Positions 31,505 to 41,055 of a DNA stretch of 64,000 nt are shown piece by piece. Origin of the DNA: Nanobdellati archaeon (GTDB lineage: Archaea; EX4484-52; GLR71); NCBI GenBank assembly GCA_019429005.1, contig JAHYJR010000002.1, forward strand, positions 1 through 64,000, written 5' to 3'. The notes below the pieces were generated by a model that was not told where the DNA came from, searched no databases, and saw nothing but the letters and a program-made list of their open reading frames with translations. Position 1 is the first letter of the stretch. Each line of letters opens with the position of its first letter. The position numbers and the translations under genes are program-made.

Positions 31505-34045
31505 TCAATAATCAGGTTCACCCTTATACCGTTCTCTTTTAGCTCTTAAGATATCAAGAAGTAATTTTCTTTCACTTCTTGCTGTAATGTACTTAATCAT
31601 GTTGATATCATCTTTTTTAACAATAAGGGAATCAATACCAAATTGAACAAATTTCTCAATCATATTATGATTTTTAAGTATTGAGCCATAAATTGAAACT
31701 TTTATTCCTGCATTTTTGTATTCTTTGATTGTTTGGTGGATAAGTCTTAGAACTGACTTATGTTCACTATTGAAATGCTTATTGACTGCAATGTTATCTC
31801 TATCAACTGCGAGCATATGTTCTGAAAGTGCATCAGCATCAATTGCAGCAAATGACACACCGCATGCTGCCATATCGTTTGCGAGAAATGCACTTGAAGG
31901 TATTTCTATATTTATACCAATATTTAATTTATCACTTTCAATTCCAAGATTTGTAATCATGTTTCGAACAGTTTGAACTTCAGTTGTATCATGAATAAAT
32001 GGAAGGAGTATTTGTATGTTATTATAACCTCTATTTATTACTCGCTCAATTGCTTTTATTTCAGCATAAAACATTTTAGGATCATCAATTGCACGTCTTG
32101 TTCCAGACCATCCTGTTATTGGATTTGTTTCGTTTTTTTCGGTTTCACTCCCTGGTATTTGTTTCAAAATATTGCTTTTAATACCAAATAATCTGTACAC
32201 TACAGGGTTTGGATACGCTTTTTCAGCTAAAGCTAATAAATGATCTTCAAGATATTTAATTAGATTATCTTCCATACCTTCATCAATAATTTTGTATGGT
32301 ATTTTTCCTAATTTAAGAACAATAACTTCAGAAGGAATTATACCTATACCATCGCAGTTATCTGGAATTTGATTCAAATCATCATAAGATTCCATAAAAA
32401 GCATTACTTTGGTTGCAGTCATAACATCATTATTATTTGTAGTTTGTGCTTGAGCCATATTATCAATTTTTTGTTCATCTTTTTGTTCTATTGATTGTTG
32501 TCTGTCTAGTTGTTGTATTTGTGCAGATATTGGTGTATATTGATTTTGTTGTGGCGAATAATTAGATTGTTCATTTTGTGAATTTTGATGTACATTTTGT
32601 TGAGTTTGTAATGGTGTTTCAGTATATGACATATTTGTCATAGGTTGTGTGTTTTGGTGTTGATTAGTATTTTCCATAGTATTTGGTAATTCTGTAACAG
32701 TTCCATCTAATGTGTTTATTATTACCATTTTATCTTCTTCTAATTCCGTTTTAGATTCTTTTTTGATTAAAAGTGGTATTGAACATTCTCTACAAAGTGT
32801 TGACATATGCCCAGTTATACTACCTTGTTCTATAATTATACCACTCAATCTATTTATCACATATATTATTGACTTATTTAAATTTGCTAGTGATATTATA
32901 TCGCCCGCATTTATTTTAGAATAATCTGAAATACCATGTATAATTTTTATATTACCTTGTCCATAACCTAGTGATATACCAATACCATTAAGTAAAATAT
33001 TTCCATTTTGAATGTTTTGTTGTGATATCGTTTTAGTATGTGATTTTATGGGTGAAGATTGAACAATATAAAGTCTATCTCTTTTAATAGCCCATTCAAT
33101 ACTTTGAGGAGGACCTTGTATCTTTTCAATTTTTAATGCAATTTTAAATATAAATTTAACTTCTTCTTCACTAAGGCTTTCTTTAAATCGTTTATCAAGC
33201 TCAAGATTCTCTTTAATTATGTCACCGCTTATTGCATGTTTTATAAATCGCCATTCTTTTTGATTAATTTTTTTACCCTTTAAATTTGAATTATCTTTTT
33301 CGAGAATATAGACATCAGGGGTAATCTCATCAGTAGTTACAATACCTGGACCGAAACAACTTTCAATCATAATTTCATTTTGATTATCTGTTATTGTATT
33401 TATTGTAGTGACTGTACCGGATTTATCCGCATCAATCATAACTTGTATTATTACTGCGATATTTATTTCATTATTTTTACTGTATTTATTAAAAGCAAAT
33501 ATAGCTTCAGGTGTAAATGCAGATATCCAACATTGTTTAATTTTATCTATAATACCTTGCAGACCATTGACATATAATGATGAAGTCATAAAACCGTTAA
33601 AAGATATTTTTGAATCTTTTTGATGATATATACTAGGACGTATACACACAGATACATCGTTATTTGATGCATTAAGCATATTAAGCTGTTGATTACTTAC
33701 GCCTTGAAGCCCTTTACCATTTCCAAGAGTTTCATATGCAATTTTAATTTCATCTTTCATTTCTTTAGAGATTTTTCCAGATAAAATCAAATCTCTTATT
33801 TCTTTTGTTTTTGAAAATAATATTTCATGATTATTTACATCAATCTCATTAGCATTCATAACAACTTCATAAATATTATTATCTGCAAGAAATGCTTCAA
33901 AAGCCTTATTTGTTAGTACAAATCCTTCTGGAACCGATATGTTTGATTTTATAAGTCTTGTAAGAGTTAAAGCTTTCATTCCAACAAGATGAATGTTTTC
34001 ATTATTGATATCTTCAAGCCTTATCGTATATGTCATATTAACCAA
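31505..34045 (-). CDS. Degenerate PEP synthase paralog with Q/N-rich linker
   Basis: All three PpsA domains recognisable, most catalytic motifs substituted, His motif ITGH kept. Confidence 0.85.
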   Translation of the reverse strand: MVNMTYTIRLEDINNENIHLVGMKALTLTRLIKSNISVPEGFVLTNKAFEAFLADNNIYEVVMNANEIDVNNHEILFSKTKEIRDLILSGKISKEMKDEIKIAYETLGNGKGLQGVSNQQLNMLNASNNDVSVCIRPSIYHQKDSKISFNGFMTSSLYVNGLQGIIDKIKQCWISAFTPEAIFAFNKYSKNNEINIAVIIQVMIDADKSGTVTTINTITDNQNEIMIESCFGPGIVTTDEITPDVYILEKDNSNLKGKKINQKEWRFIKHAISGDIIKENLELDKRFKESLSEEEVKFIFKIALKIEKIQGPPQSIEWAIKRDRLYIVQSSPIKSHTKTISQQNIQNGNILLNGIGISLGYGQGNIKIIHGISDYSKINAGDIISLANLNKSIIYVINRLSGIIIEQGSITGHMSTLCRECSIPLLIKKESKTELEEDKMVIINTLDGTVTELPNTMENTNQHQNTQPMTNMSYTETPLQTQQNVHQNSQNEQSNYSPQQNQYTPISAQIQQLDRQQSIEQKDEQKIDNMAQAQTTNNNDVMTATKVMLFMESYDDLNQIPDNCDGIGIIPSEVIVLKLGKIPYKIIDEGMEDNLIKYLEDHLLALAEKAYPNPVVYRLFGIKSNILKQIPGSETEKNETNPITGWSGTRRAIDDPKMFYAEIKAIERVINRGYNNIQILLPFIHDTTEVQTVRNMITNLGIESDKLNIGINIEIPSSAFLANDMAACGVSFAAIDADALSEHMLAVDRDNIAVNKHFNSEHKSVLRLIHQTIKEYKNAGIKVSIYGSILKNHNMIEKFVQFGIDSLIVKKDDINMIKYITARSERKLLLDILRAKRERYKGEPDY

Positions 34046-34225
34046 AGAAATATTATGTTTTACTTATTAAAAAACTATTTGTTATTTATCTATTATTTAT
34101 AGATTAGATGATTTTTGAACCTTTTAATATATATATATATATATTAAATTATTTTGATTAAAAATTGATTAATAAATATTATAAAATACTTCAAAAAAAA
34201 AGAAAAAAAGTAAGAATTTGAAAGA

Positions 34226-34840
34226 TTACTCTTTTACATTCTCTTCAACTGTAGCGTCAACAACTGTTGTAGTTTCAACAACCTTTTCTTTAATTGGTGT
34301 ATCAACTACTTTTTTGTTAAGTGGTGTAACAACAAGCTTAGTACTATATGGTATTTTCATACTAGCTCTTTTACAAGCTTCTTTTACAATATTTGAATAT
34401 TTCTTAAAAGATCTTACTGAAAATATTGCTTGTTTTTGTTTAACTCTTGCAGCACGACCAGCTGGTTTACCAAATGGTTTTCTCATACCATCATAAAACC
34501 TATCTGCTTGCGCAACAGCAGCTTGTGCATGAGCTCTTAAAATATTATGTGGGTGAACTCTTATTTTTAAACGAAAATCTTGTGTTGTAATATTTTTTCT
34601 TAAATAACCATTTGCAGAAACACGACATGCTTCAAGAGCATTATGTCGTATTTGCATATCTCTATCAGGATATACTAAAAATTCGATATCATACTCATCA
34701 TTTAATTTACCCGTATCAAACTTGTTGATTTTTGATCCTGGAATACCTTTAATATAATTTTTTTTATGCACTCTTTTTGCAGTTCTTGTATAAGGTCTCC
34801 CTTTATAATCTCTATCTACACTTGCAGGTCTTAATCCCAT
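34226..34840 (-). CDS. rpl10e: 50S ribosomal protein uL16 (L10e)
   Basis: MGLRPA, QIRHNALEACR, ADRFYDGMRKPFGKP; V/T/E-rich C-terminal tail. Confidence 0.96.
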   Translation of the reverse strand: MGLRPASVDRDYKGRPYTRTAKRVHKKNYIKGIPGSKINKFDTGKLNDEYDIEFLVYPDRDMQIRHNALEACRVSANGYLRKNITTQDFRLKIRVHPHNILRAHAQAAVAQADRFYDGMRKPFGKPAGRAARVKQKQAIFSVRSFKKYSNIVKEACKRASMKIPYSTKLVVTPLNKKVVDTPIKEKVVETTTVVDATVEENVKE

Positions 34841-34931
34841 TTAAACACCATTTAATTATTTTTTTATTGTTTTTTAATATTATTGATTATCCTTTTAACA
34901 TTACCTTATACATTTTTAGATGAAAAGCTTT

Positions 34932-35228
34932 TTAAATCTTCTTTAGTCTTTCCTTTACTTTTTCAATAGAAAATTTAGACATTTTGCCAATACTTTCTTT
35001 TGTTTTCTCATCAAGAAAACCTTCAATTATCAAATATTCTTGAAGTACTTTTATAATAGGTTCTTTAGATATCTTTGCCGCCATCAAAATCATTGCAGCG
35101 GGTATTTTTGTCATAAGTTCGTCTTCAAGCGCATTTATGGATGAACTCATGTTTGAATTTGCAAGGAATACTCTTTTTCGCCTAGTATTATCTATCTGTT
35201 TTTCTTTATTATTTATATCGTTTACCAT
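34932..35228 (-). CDS. Hypothetical protein
   Basis: 98-aa ORF co-oriented with rpl10e. Confidence 0.65.
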   Translation of the reverse strand: MVNDINNKEKQIDNTRRKRVFLANSNMSSSINALEDELMTKIPAAMILMAAKISKEPIIKVLQEYLIIEGFLDEKTKESIGKMSKFSIEKVKERLKKI

Positions 35229-35414
35229 TGTTGTTACCCAGAATATATAAAATAATAATATTTGTTATTAAATTATGAGGTTTAGACTATTTATATGTTT
35301 CTAAAAATGTGACATTTTTATATATGTTATATAAGTATGGTTATACGGGCGAGTGATAAAAATGATAACAATTATAAAGTTTTAACTTAAATAAATATTA
35401 TCTGATTATAATTA

Positions 35415-36962
35415 ATGATAATGTTTTTAAGGATATATATGGGAATTGAAGTTAGAAAAGATACAATTGCACAAGATCAATATCTTGATGTTTTTAATTA
35501 TTTGAGTAATAAAACAATTCTTGAGAAATTTGGTTTTAATTCAGTATCATTTATGGATGTTATGCAATTAAATGATCCTTTAAGTGGTATTACTAATTCT
35601 GAAATAATGTCTTGTGATGCCGAATATTTTAAAATAACATCAGATATATTTTTAAATAAAAGCGAAAAAGCTCTTGGAAATGATATTTTAAAAACATTAT
35701 ATGACATAATTCCAGAAGGTATTAATTATGTTTGTAATACAGATTTAAAGAGAGTTCGTATTGCTCAAGCACACATCGGTGAATTCATTTATGATTTAAC
35801 ATTAAGTGCAAATTATAATTATTATGAAAATCCAAATATTAAACCCAATTTAGCGAAAAAAAGTCCTACAATTGAAATATCTTTACAAGGTTCAAAAGAA
35901 ATTTCTATTGAAAATTTAAAAACATCTTTATCAGATATGCTTTATTTAATTGAATCTGTATTAAATCAAAGTTATCAATTAACAGATAATAAAACAGATT
36001 TAGTATTAAGACCAACATTTGATTTTTTTACTGAAAAAGATCTTGATGATACGATGGATTCTGATGATTATATTGATACTAATAATATTATTAAAAAAGA
36101 GCCTAATACAGAGAATCTTCAAAATGAAGACAAATCACCTTTTGGAACTTTAAGTTTTGATGATATTGGTGGTAATGAAGATTTAATTGATTCTATGAAA
36201 GATATTCTTTATCTTTTAGGTAATAAACAATTAAATGATCTTGTTCCAAAAGGCGTCTTATTACACGGCCCGCCTGGAACTGGAAAAACGATGGTTGCAA
36301 AAGCAATGTTAAATGCAGCGTATGATAGGGCAATAATTACAAAAAGTATAAAGACTTCTGATTTTAAAGATATGTGGTATGGTAATACTGAAAAAAAATT
36401 GAAAAAAATATTAGATGATCTTCAAAAAAATCAACCATCTATACTTTTTGTAGATGAAGGTGATAGTATATTTCAATCAAGAATTGATGACACACATTCA
36501 GTAGATAAAGCAATTGTAAATGCACTTTTATCTTATATGGATGGTTCTGATGATAATGCAGGTACTACTATTATAACCACAACAAATCTTAATCCATACA
36601 ATCCCTTATCGTTTGATCCTGCATTTATACGTAGTGGACGATTTAGCACTGAATATATATTTAAGATGGATCCTCCAAATACAGAAGGCCGTAAAAAAAT
36701 CATAGATAAATACATGATACATGAAAAATATTTAGAACGATTAAGTTTTGATATCGATGCAGATTTTATTGCAAAAAAAACAGAAGGTTTTAATGGTTCT
36801 GATATCAGCGAGGTTTTTAATTCATCATTAAGACAAAATTTAAGAAAATCAAGACTTTCAAATAAAGAAGCAATTGATTTGATAACAGAAGAAGATCTTA
36901 TTGCCGCAATAGGTCGAATCAATAAAAAAGCAGTATCTGAAGAAGTTAGCGGTTATATCTAA
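35415..36962 (+). CDS. Single-domain classical AAA+ ATPase with unrecognised N-terminal domain
   Basis: FDDIGG, GPPGTGKT, MWYG pore loop, LFVDEGD, DPAFIRSGRF, TEGFNGSDI. Confidence 0.88.
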   Translation: MIMFLRIYMGIEVRKDTIAQDQYLDVFNYLSNKTILEKFGFNSVSFMDVMQLNDPLSGITNSEIMSCDAEYFKITSDIFLNKSEKALGNDILKTLYDIIPEGINYVCNTDLKRVRIAQAHIGEFIYDLTLSANYNYYENPNIKPNLAKKSPTIEISLQGSKEISIENLKTSLSDMLYLIESVLNQSYQLTDNKTDLVLRPTFDFFTEKDLDDTMDSDDYIDTNNIIKKEPNTENLQNEDKSPFGTLSFDDIGGNEDLIDSMKDILYLLGNKQLNDLVPKGVLLHGPPGTGKTMVAKAMLNAAYDRAIITKSIKTSDFKDMWYGNTEKKLKKILDDLQKNQPSILFVDEGDSIFQSRIDDTHSVDKAIVNALLSYMDGSDDNAGTTIITTTNLNPYNPLSFDPAFIRSGRFSTEYIFKMDPPNTEGRKKIIDKYMIHEKYLERLSFDIDADFIAKKTEGFNGSDISEVFNSSLRQNLRKSRLSNKEAIDLITEEDLIAAIGRINKKAVSEEVSGYI

Positions 36963-36975
36963 AATTTTTAATACG

Positions 36976-37027
36976 GTTAGATATTATAATATATTATATT
37001 TGAGTTAGATATTATAATATATTATAT
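36976..37027. repeat. 24-bp direct repeat between convergent genes
   Basis: GTTAGATATTATAATATATTATAT at 36976 and 37004. Confidence 0.85.
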
Positions 37028-37085
37028 AAAAAGATTATATATTATATATAAACAATTATGAAATTAAACTCTTTAAAAATAATAT

Positions 37086-37583
37086 TTATTTTTTTTTGCC
37101 GTCAAGATATATTACTTCAACACCCGCATCTTTAAAGAATTCGGATGATATATCATTATCAGCATATCCTTGCTTATAAAATACACTTTTTATACCTGCG
37201 TTGATTATCATTTTAGTACACAGAATACAAGGTGAATGCGTACAATATAATGTGGCACCATCTGTACTAACACCATGTGATGCGGCTTGTATAATTGCAT
37301 TCTGTTCTGCATGAACGGCTCTACATGTTTCATGCATAGTTCCTGATGGAATCTTCTTCTGTATTCTTATGCAACCTATATCTGTGCAATGTTTAAGTCC
37401 TTTTGGAGCACCATTGTATCCTGTTGAAATTATATGATTGTTTTTTACAATGACTGCACCAACAGTTTGTCTTAAACAGGTTGTTCTTTTAGCAACAACT
37501 GATGCTATTTCCATATAATAGTCATCCTTTGTAGGTCGCTTTTGTTTAGTTGTAGTACTTTCAACCATTTTAATCATACACAC
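37086..37583 (-). CDS. dCMP deaminase
   Basis: TGYNGAP, HAEQNAI, PCILC. Confidence 0.92.
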   Translation of the reverse strand: MCMIKMVESTTTKQKRPTKDDYYMEIASVVAKRTTCLRQTVGAVIVKNNHIISTGYNGAPKGLKHCTDIGCIRIQKKIPSGTMHETCRAVHAEQNAIIQAASHGVSTDGATLYCTHSPCILCTKMIINAGIKSVFYKQGYADNDISSEFFKDAGVEVIYLDGKKK

Positions 37584-37626
37584 ACATTTAGATAAATTTA
37601 AATTTTAAAAAAGAAAAATCTAGATT

Positions 37627-39096
37627 TTAATCATCTAGATCTTTTCCTTTATGCTTCTTCTTTTCCTCTGCATACTTATCCCAATCACCTTTCAAAAGCT
37701 TAGGAAGATTTAGTATAGCTTTCTTATTATTATCTACGCCAACAGTATTTCCAACACCTATAAGAAGTATCTTTTTATGTTTAGATTCTTCAATTAGCTT
37801 TTCAACTTCAATCCTTGTAGGTTCAAGAGCTTTATAGATTTTTTCATTCATTGGTATTGATGCTTCACTTATTCCTTGCTTGATGATAAGACCGTCTACT
37901 TCCATATTATATTTAGTCAATACAGCTTCAATCTTGAATTTATGAACACCGAAAGGACTCATTGCAATACCTACACCAGATGCGACACTTCCTGTTATCT
38001 CGCCTTCAAGTTTCTGTGATGCATCAACTGTTATGATATATTTGATCTTTTCTTTCTTAACAAGCTTTTCGACAGCACTGCTGTAATTACCAAGTCTAGA
38101 ACCTGGTCCTTTTGATTTCATTACAAATACTGTTTTTTTTACAATAGTCTCTTTACTTACGATTATATCTTCTGCAAGTTCTTCACCATTCTTTGTTTTA
38201 AATGATGCTGCAACAAGAGGACCAATTGAATCACCTATAGGAACACCATCAACAAATGCTTTTGTTGCCTTAACATTTGCTTTTGCCATCTTCATAATCA
38301 TAGGTATTTGCATCTGTAATATCATTGCAAACTGAAGATTATGCATCTTTTTAGTAAGGATAATCATATGCCTTACAATTTTAAACAACTGAACTGTTGA
38401 CATTGCACCTTTAAGACCCATATTGAAATTAGCCTTATCTTCTTTTGCAGCATTAGGTGCAATCTCATTTACAAATTTATTTATTCTTCGCTCAGAGTTG
38501 TTTATAATAACATCAACTTTATCGATGATACCATATGGATCTGTATCAACAGGAGTAGACACAAAGAAATCCATAAAGCCTTTCAATTTATCTTTGACTT
38601 CTTTAGTTGGTTTCTTATTCATCTTCTTTAATACTATAGCTTCAGATTTTTTTGCATATTCTTCTAATTTTTTAAGTTCTGTCTCAAGCTGGTATGTCAT
38701 CTGCCAGATATATATTTTAGGATAAAACATGAAAAATACTATGAAAAACAAAAAGGATAACATAGAATTATTAGATTTTGCTTTTGTAGTTCCAATTTGA
38801 CATGAAATTTTTCCATCAGAATCTTGTATTGAAACACATATTTGAGGATTCTTTAAAGCGGAACCAACTTCATAATAACAATCTTGCACCATATCAGCAC
38901 CAAGCTCGGCACAAATACTTGCATCATTACTATTTATTGCAACAACAGTCACACAAGATTTCTCTTCATATGCAGTAAGACTGCTACAAGATGAAACATC
39001 TTTATTGTTTGATAACATATGTTCCGGTATCGTTAAACATCCACTTGTAAAAACAAGTAAGATAAGTAGAAATATTGACAGATTTTTCATATTCAT
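37627..39096 (-). CDS. DUF1512-like protein with N-terminal lipoprotein-like signal and Cys-rich extracellular module
   Basis: PVDTDPYGI, PIGDSIGPL, SKGPGSRLG, VDASQKLEGE.TG.VA.GVG, IGVGNTVGV. Confidence 0.75.
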   Translation of the reverse strand: MNMKNLSIFLLILLVFTSGCLTIPEHMLSNNKDVSSCSSLTAYEEKSCVTVVAINSNDASICAELGADMVQDCYYEVGSALKNPQICVSIQDSDGKISCQIGTTKAKSNNSMLSFLFFIVFFMFYPKIYIWQMTYQLETELKKLEEYAKKSEAIVLKKMNKKPTKEVKDKLKGFMDFFVSTPVDTDPYGIIDKVDVIINNSERRINKFVNEIAPNAAKEDKANFNMGLKGAMSTVQLFKIVRHMIILTKKMHNLQFAMILQMQIPMIMKMAKANVKATKAFVDGVPIGDSIGPLVAASFKTKNGEELAEDIIVSKETIVKKTVFVMKSKGPGSRLGNYSSAVEKLVKKEKIKYIITVDASQKLEGEITGSVASGVGIAMSPFGVHKFKIEAVLTKYNMEVDGLIIKQGISEASIPMNEKIYKALEPTRIEVEKLIEESKHKKILLIGVGNTVGVDNNKKAILNLPKLLKGDWDKYAEEKKKHKGKDLDD

Positions 39097-39326
39097 TAAA
39101 ATTACACCTTAGGTTTATAGATGAAGTACTAATAATTTTTACTAGTAGATTTATATATATATATATTTAGTTTAGACACAAAAAAACGAAAAAATGAATG
39201 TTATATTAACAAAAGATCTTTAACAAAATTTGAAAAGTAATATGAATATTAAATGATTATAAAATAATTTTAAATTATATTTTTATTAAATTATATTTTT
39301 TAAAAAAAGAAAAAAAGTTAAGAGAC

Positions 39327-39494
39327 TTAAATGTCTCTTGACTTTATTGTTTTTCGACCATTTGCTTTTGCTCTTTCAACTGCTTTCTTAACAATCTCTT
39401 CAACAACAGCAGAAAGTGAATCATCTGCGTCAGCGGAAAAACTCATATCCTGGGCTTTTGCCAATTCTCTAACTTTGCTTTTTACAATCAACAT
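39327..39494 (-). CDS. Histone-fold protein, 55 aa, alpha3/face-to-face type (not in ORF track)
   Basis: MLIVKSKVRELAKAQDMSFSADADDSLSAVVEEIVKKAVERAKANGRKTIKSRDI; GTGAT RBS upstream. Confidence 0.9.
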   Translation of the reverse strand: MLIVKSKVRELAKAQDMSFSADADDSLSAVVEEIVKKAVERAKANGRKTIKSRDI

Positions 39495-39715
39495 AGTTTA
39501 TCACGTTTTTTATATTTGCTTTTAAATGTGTATTTTCATTTGTTTTAAAGCTTTTTTTAATTTGTAATATACAGTTAAATACTTTTTGGTGAATCCACTA
39601 AGTGATAGTATACAGTTTAACGTTGTTTTTATATGTTTTAAGGCATTTTCATTTAATATTTATTTTTCATTAAATATTATAATACCTTTATATATTACAA
39701 AAGTAATTAATATTA

Positions 39716-40264
39716 ATGGATATCCTAACATCAATTCTTGTAGGAATCGGTCTTTCAATGGATTGTTTAGGTATATCTGTATGTATAAGTAGTATTAACA
39801 AAATAACACTTAAAGATTATATAAGAATCCCTTTATATTTCAGCATATCTCATTTCATTATGATTTTCGCAGGTTTATATTCAGGCAATTATTTTCATAA
39901 ATATATCGTTGTTGTTGATCATTGGATTGCATTTTTTCTTTTATTTTCAATTGGAGTAAAAATCATATATGATTCTCTAAAGAAAGACGATATAATTCCA
40001 GATATGACATCACATATTAAACTAATTATGTTTTCTTTTGCAACAAGTCTTGATGCAATGGCTGTGGGTTTTGCATTTAGTCTAATAAATGGATCTTTGA
40101 TGGTACCTGCTATAATTATAAGCATTATTGTTATGATTATAACTTTAATTGGCCTCAGACTAGGAAAAAATATCGGTAATCTTGAAGTAAATTATGCCGG
40201 GATTTTTGGAGGTCTAATTCTTATTGTAATAAGCCTTAAAATCTTACTAACACACCTGTTTTGA
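39716..40264 (+). CDS. mntP: Manganese efflux pump MntP family
   Basis: GLSMDC, DHWIAF.LL, ATSLDAMAVG. Confidence 0.88.
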   Translation: MDILTSILVGIGLSMDCLGISVCISSINKITLKDYIRIPLYFSISHFIMIFAGLYSGNYFHKYIVVVDHWIAFFLLFSIGVKIIYDSLKKDDIIPDMTSHIKLIMFSFATSLDAMAVGFAFSLINGSLMVPAIIISIIVMIITLIGLRLGKNIGNLEVNYAGIFGGLILIVISLKILLTHLF

Positions 40265-40346
40265 ATACAAGTAAATTATAAGATATTTTATTTTAGACAA
40301 CTCCTATTACAAAAATATTTAAATTCAGATAAATCAAATTATCTTT

Positions 40347-41032
40347 ATGCAAGAAATCGATTTGAATCAAATTTGTGAAAAATACTCCCCATCAGAAAAA
40401 AAGGTATTCTTTTGCTTAAAGACACAGATACATTGATTTTTTGTCCAGGCATCAGAACATGCGGATTTGCAGAAATAAAAATGGCTCTTAAAAATAAGAA
40501 ATGTCAAATAATTGCAACCACAATAGACACAAAAGGATTCAAAGAAACAAAAAAAATAATTGAGAAAACAGAATTATCAAATAGGATACATATAAAAATT
40601 GAAGATGTTACTAAACCGCTGCCTTATAATAATAAATACTTTGACTATATATATGCTAGATTAATTCTCCATTATTTAACAAAACAAGAACTTGATAAGA
40701 CACTTAAGGAATTTTACAGAGTGTTGAAACCTGAAGGAATACTTTTTATAGTTGTAAGAAAGAAAGACTGTGAAGTTAATAAACATAATTTTGAATATGA
40801 TAGTAATACTAAAATGACCACATATAAGTTCATAAATTCAGATAAAAAATCCACACCAATACAAATTTCAAGATATTTTCACACAAAAAATTCCATTTCT
40901 GATCATCTAAAAACTGCAGGTTTCAATATAGAATAAATTAGAAAATATAAAGAACAATTATTTAGTGATTATTTGAGAACTATACCTTCTCAAAAAAAAT
41001 CATCAATAATTTAATTGCTGGCTAAAAAATAA
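40347..41032 (+). pseudogene. Class I SAM-dependent methyltransferase, disrupted
   Basis: FDYIYARLILHYL, RVLKPEG; frameshift in A7 run near 40396-40402 and premature TAA codons at the 3' end. Confidence 0.75.
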
Positions 41033-41055
41033 TCCGATAAACAACAAAACAAAAA

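Noticed and set aside
34127-34143. (AT)n run as replication origin
   Set aside because: No ORB motifs or orc1/cdc6 nearby; expected in such AT-rich intergenic DNA
39331-39525. Plus-strand 64-aa ORF in the track
   Set aside because: Antisense shadow of the histone gene
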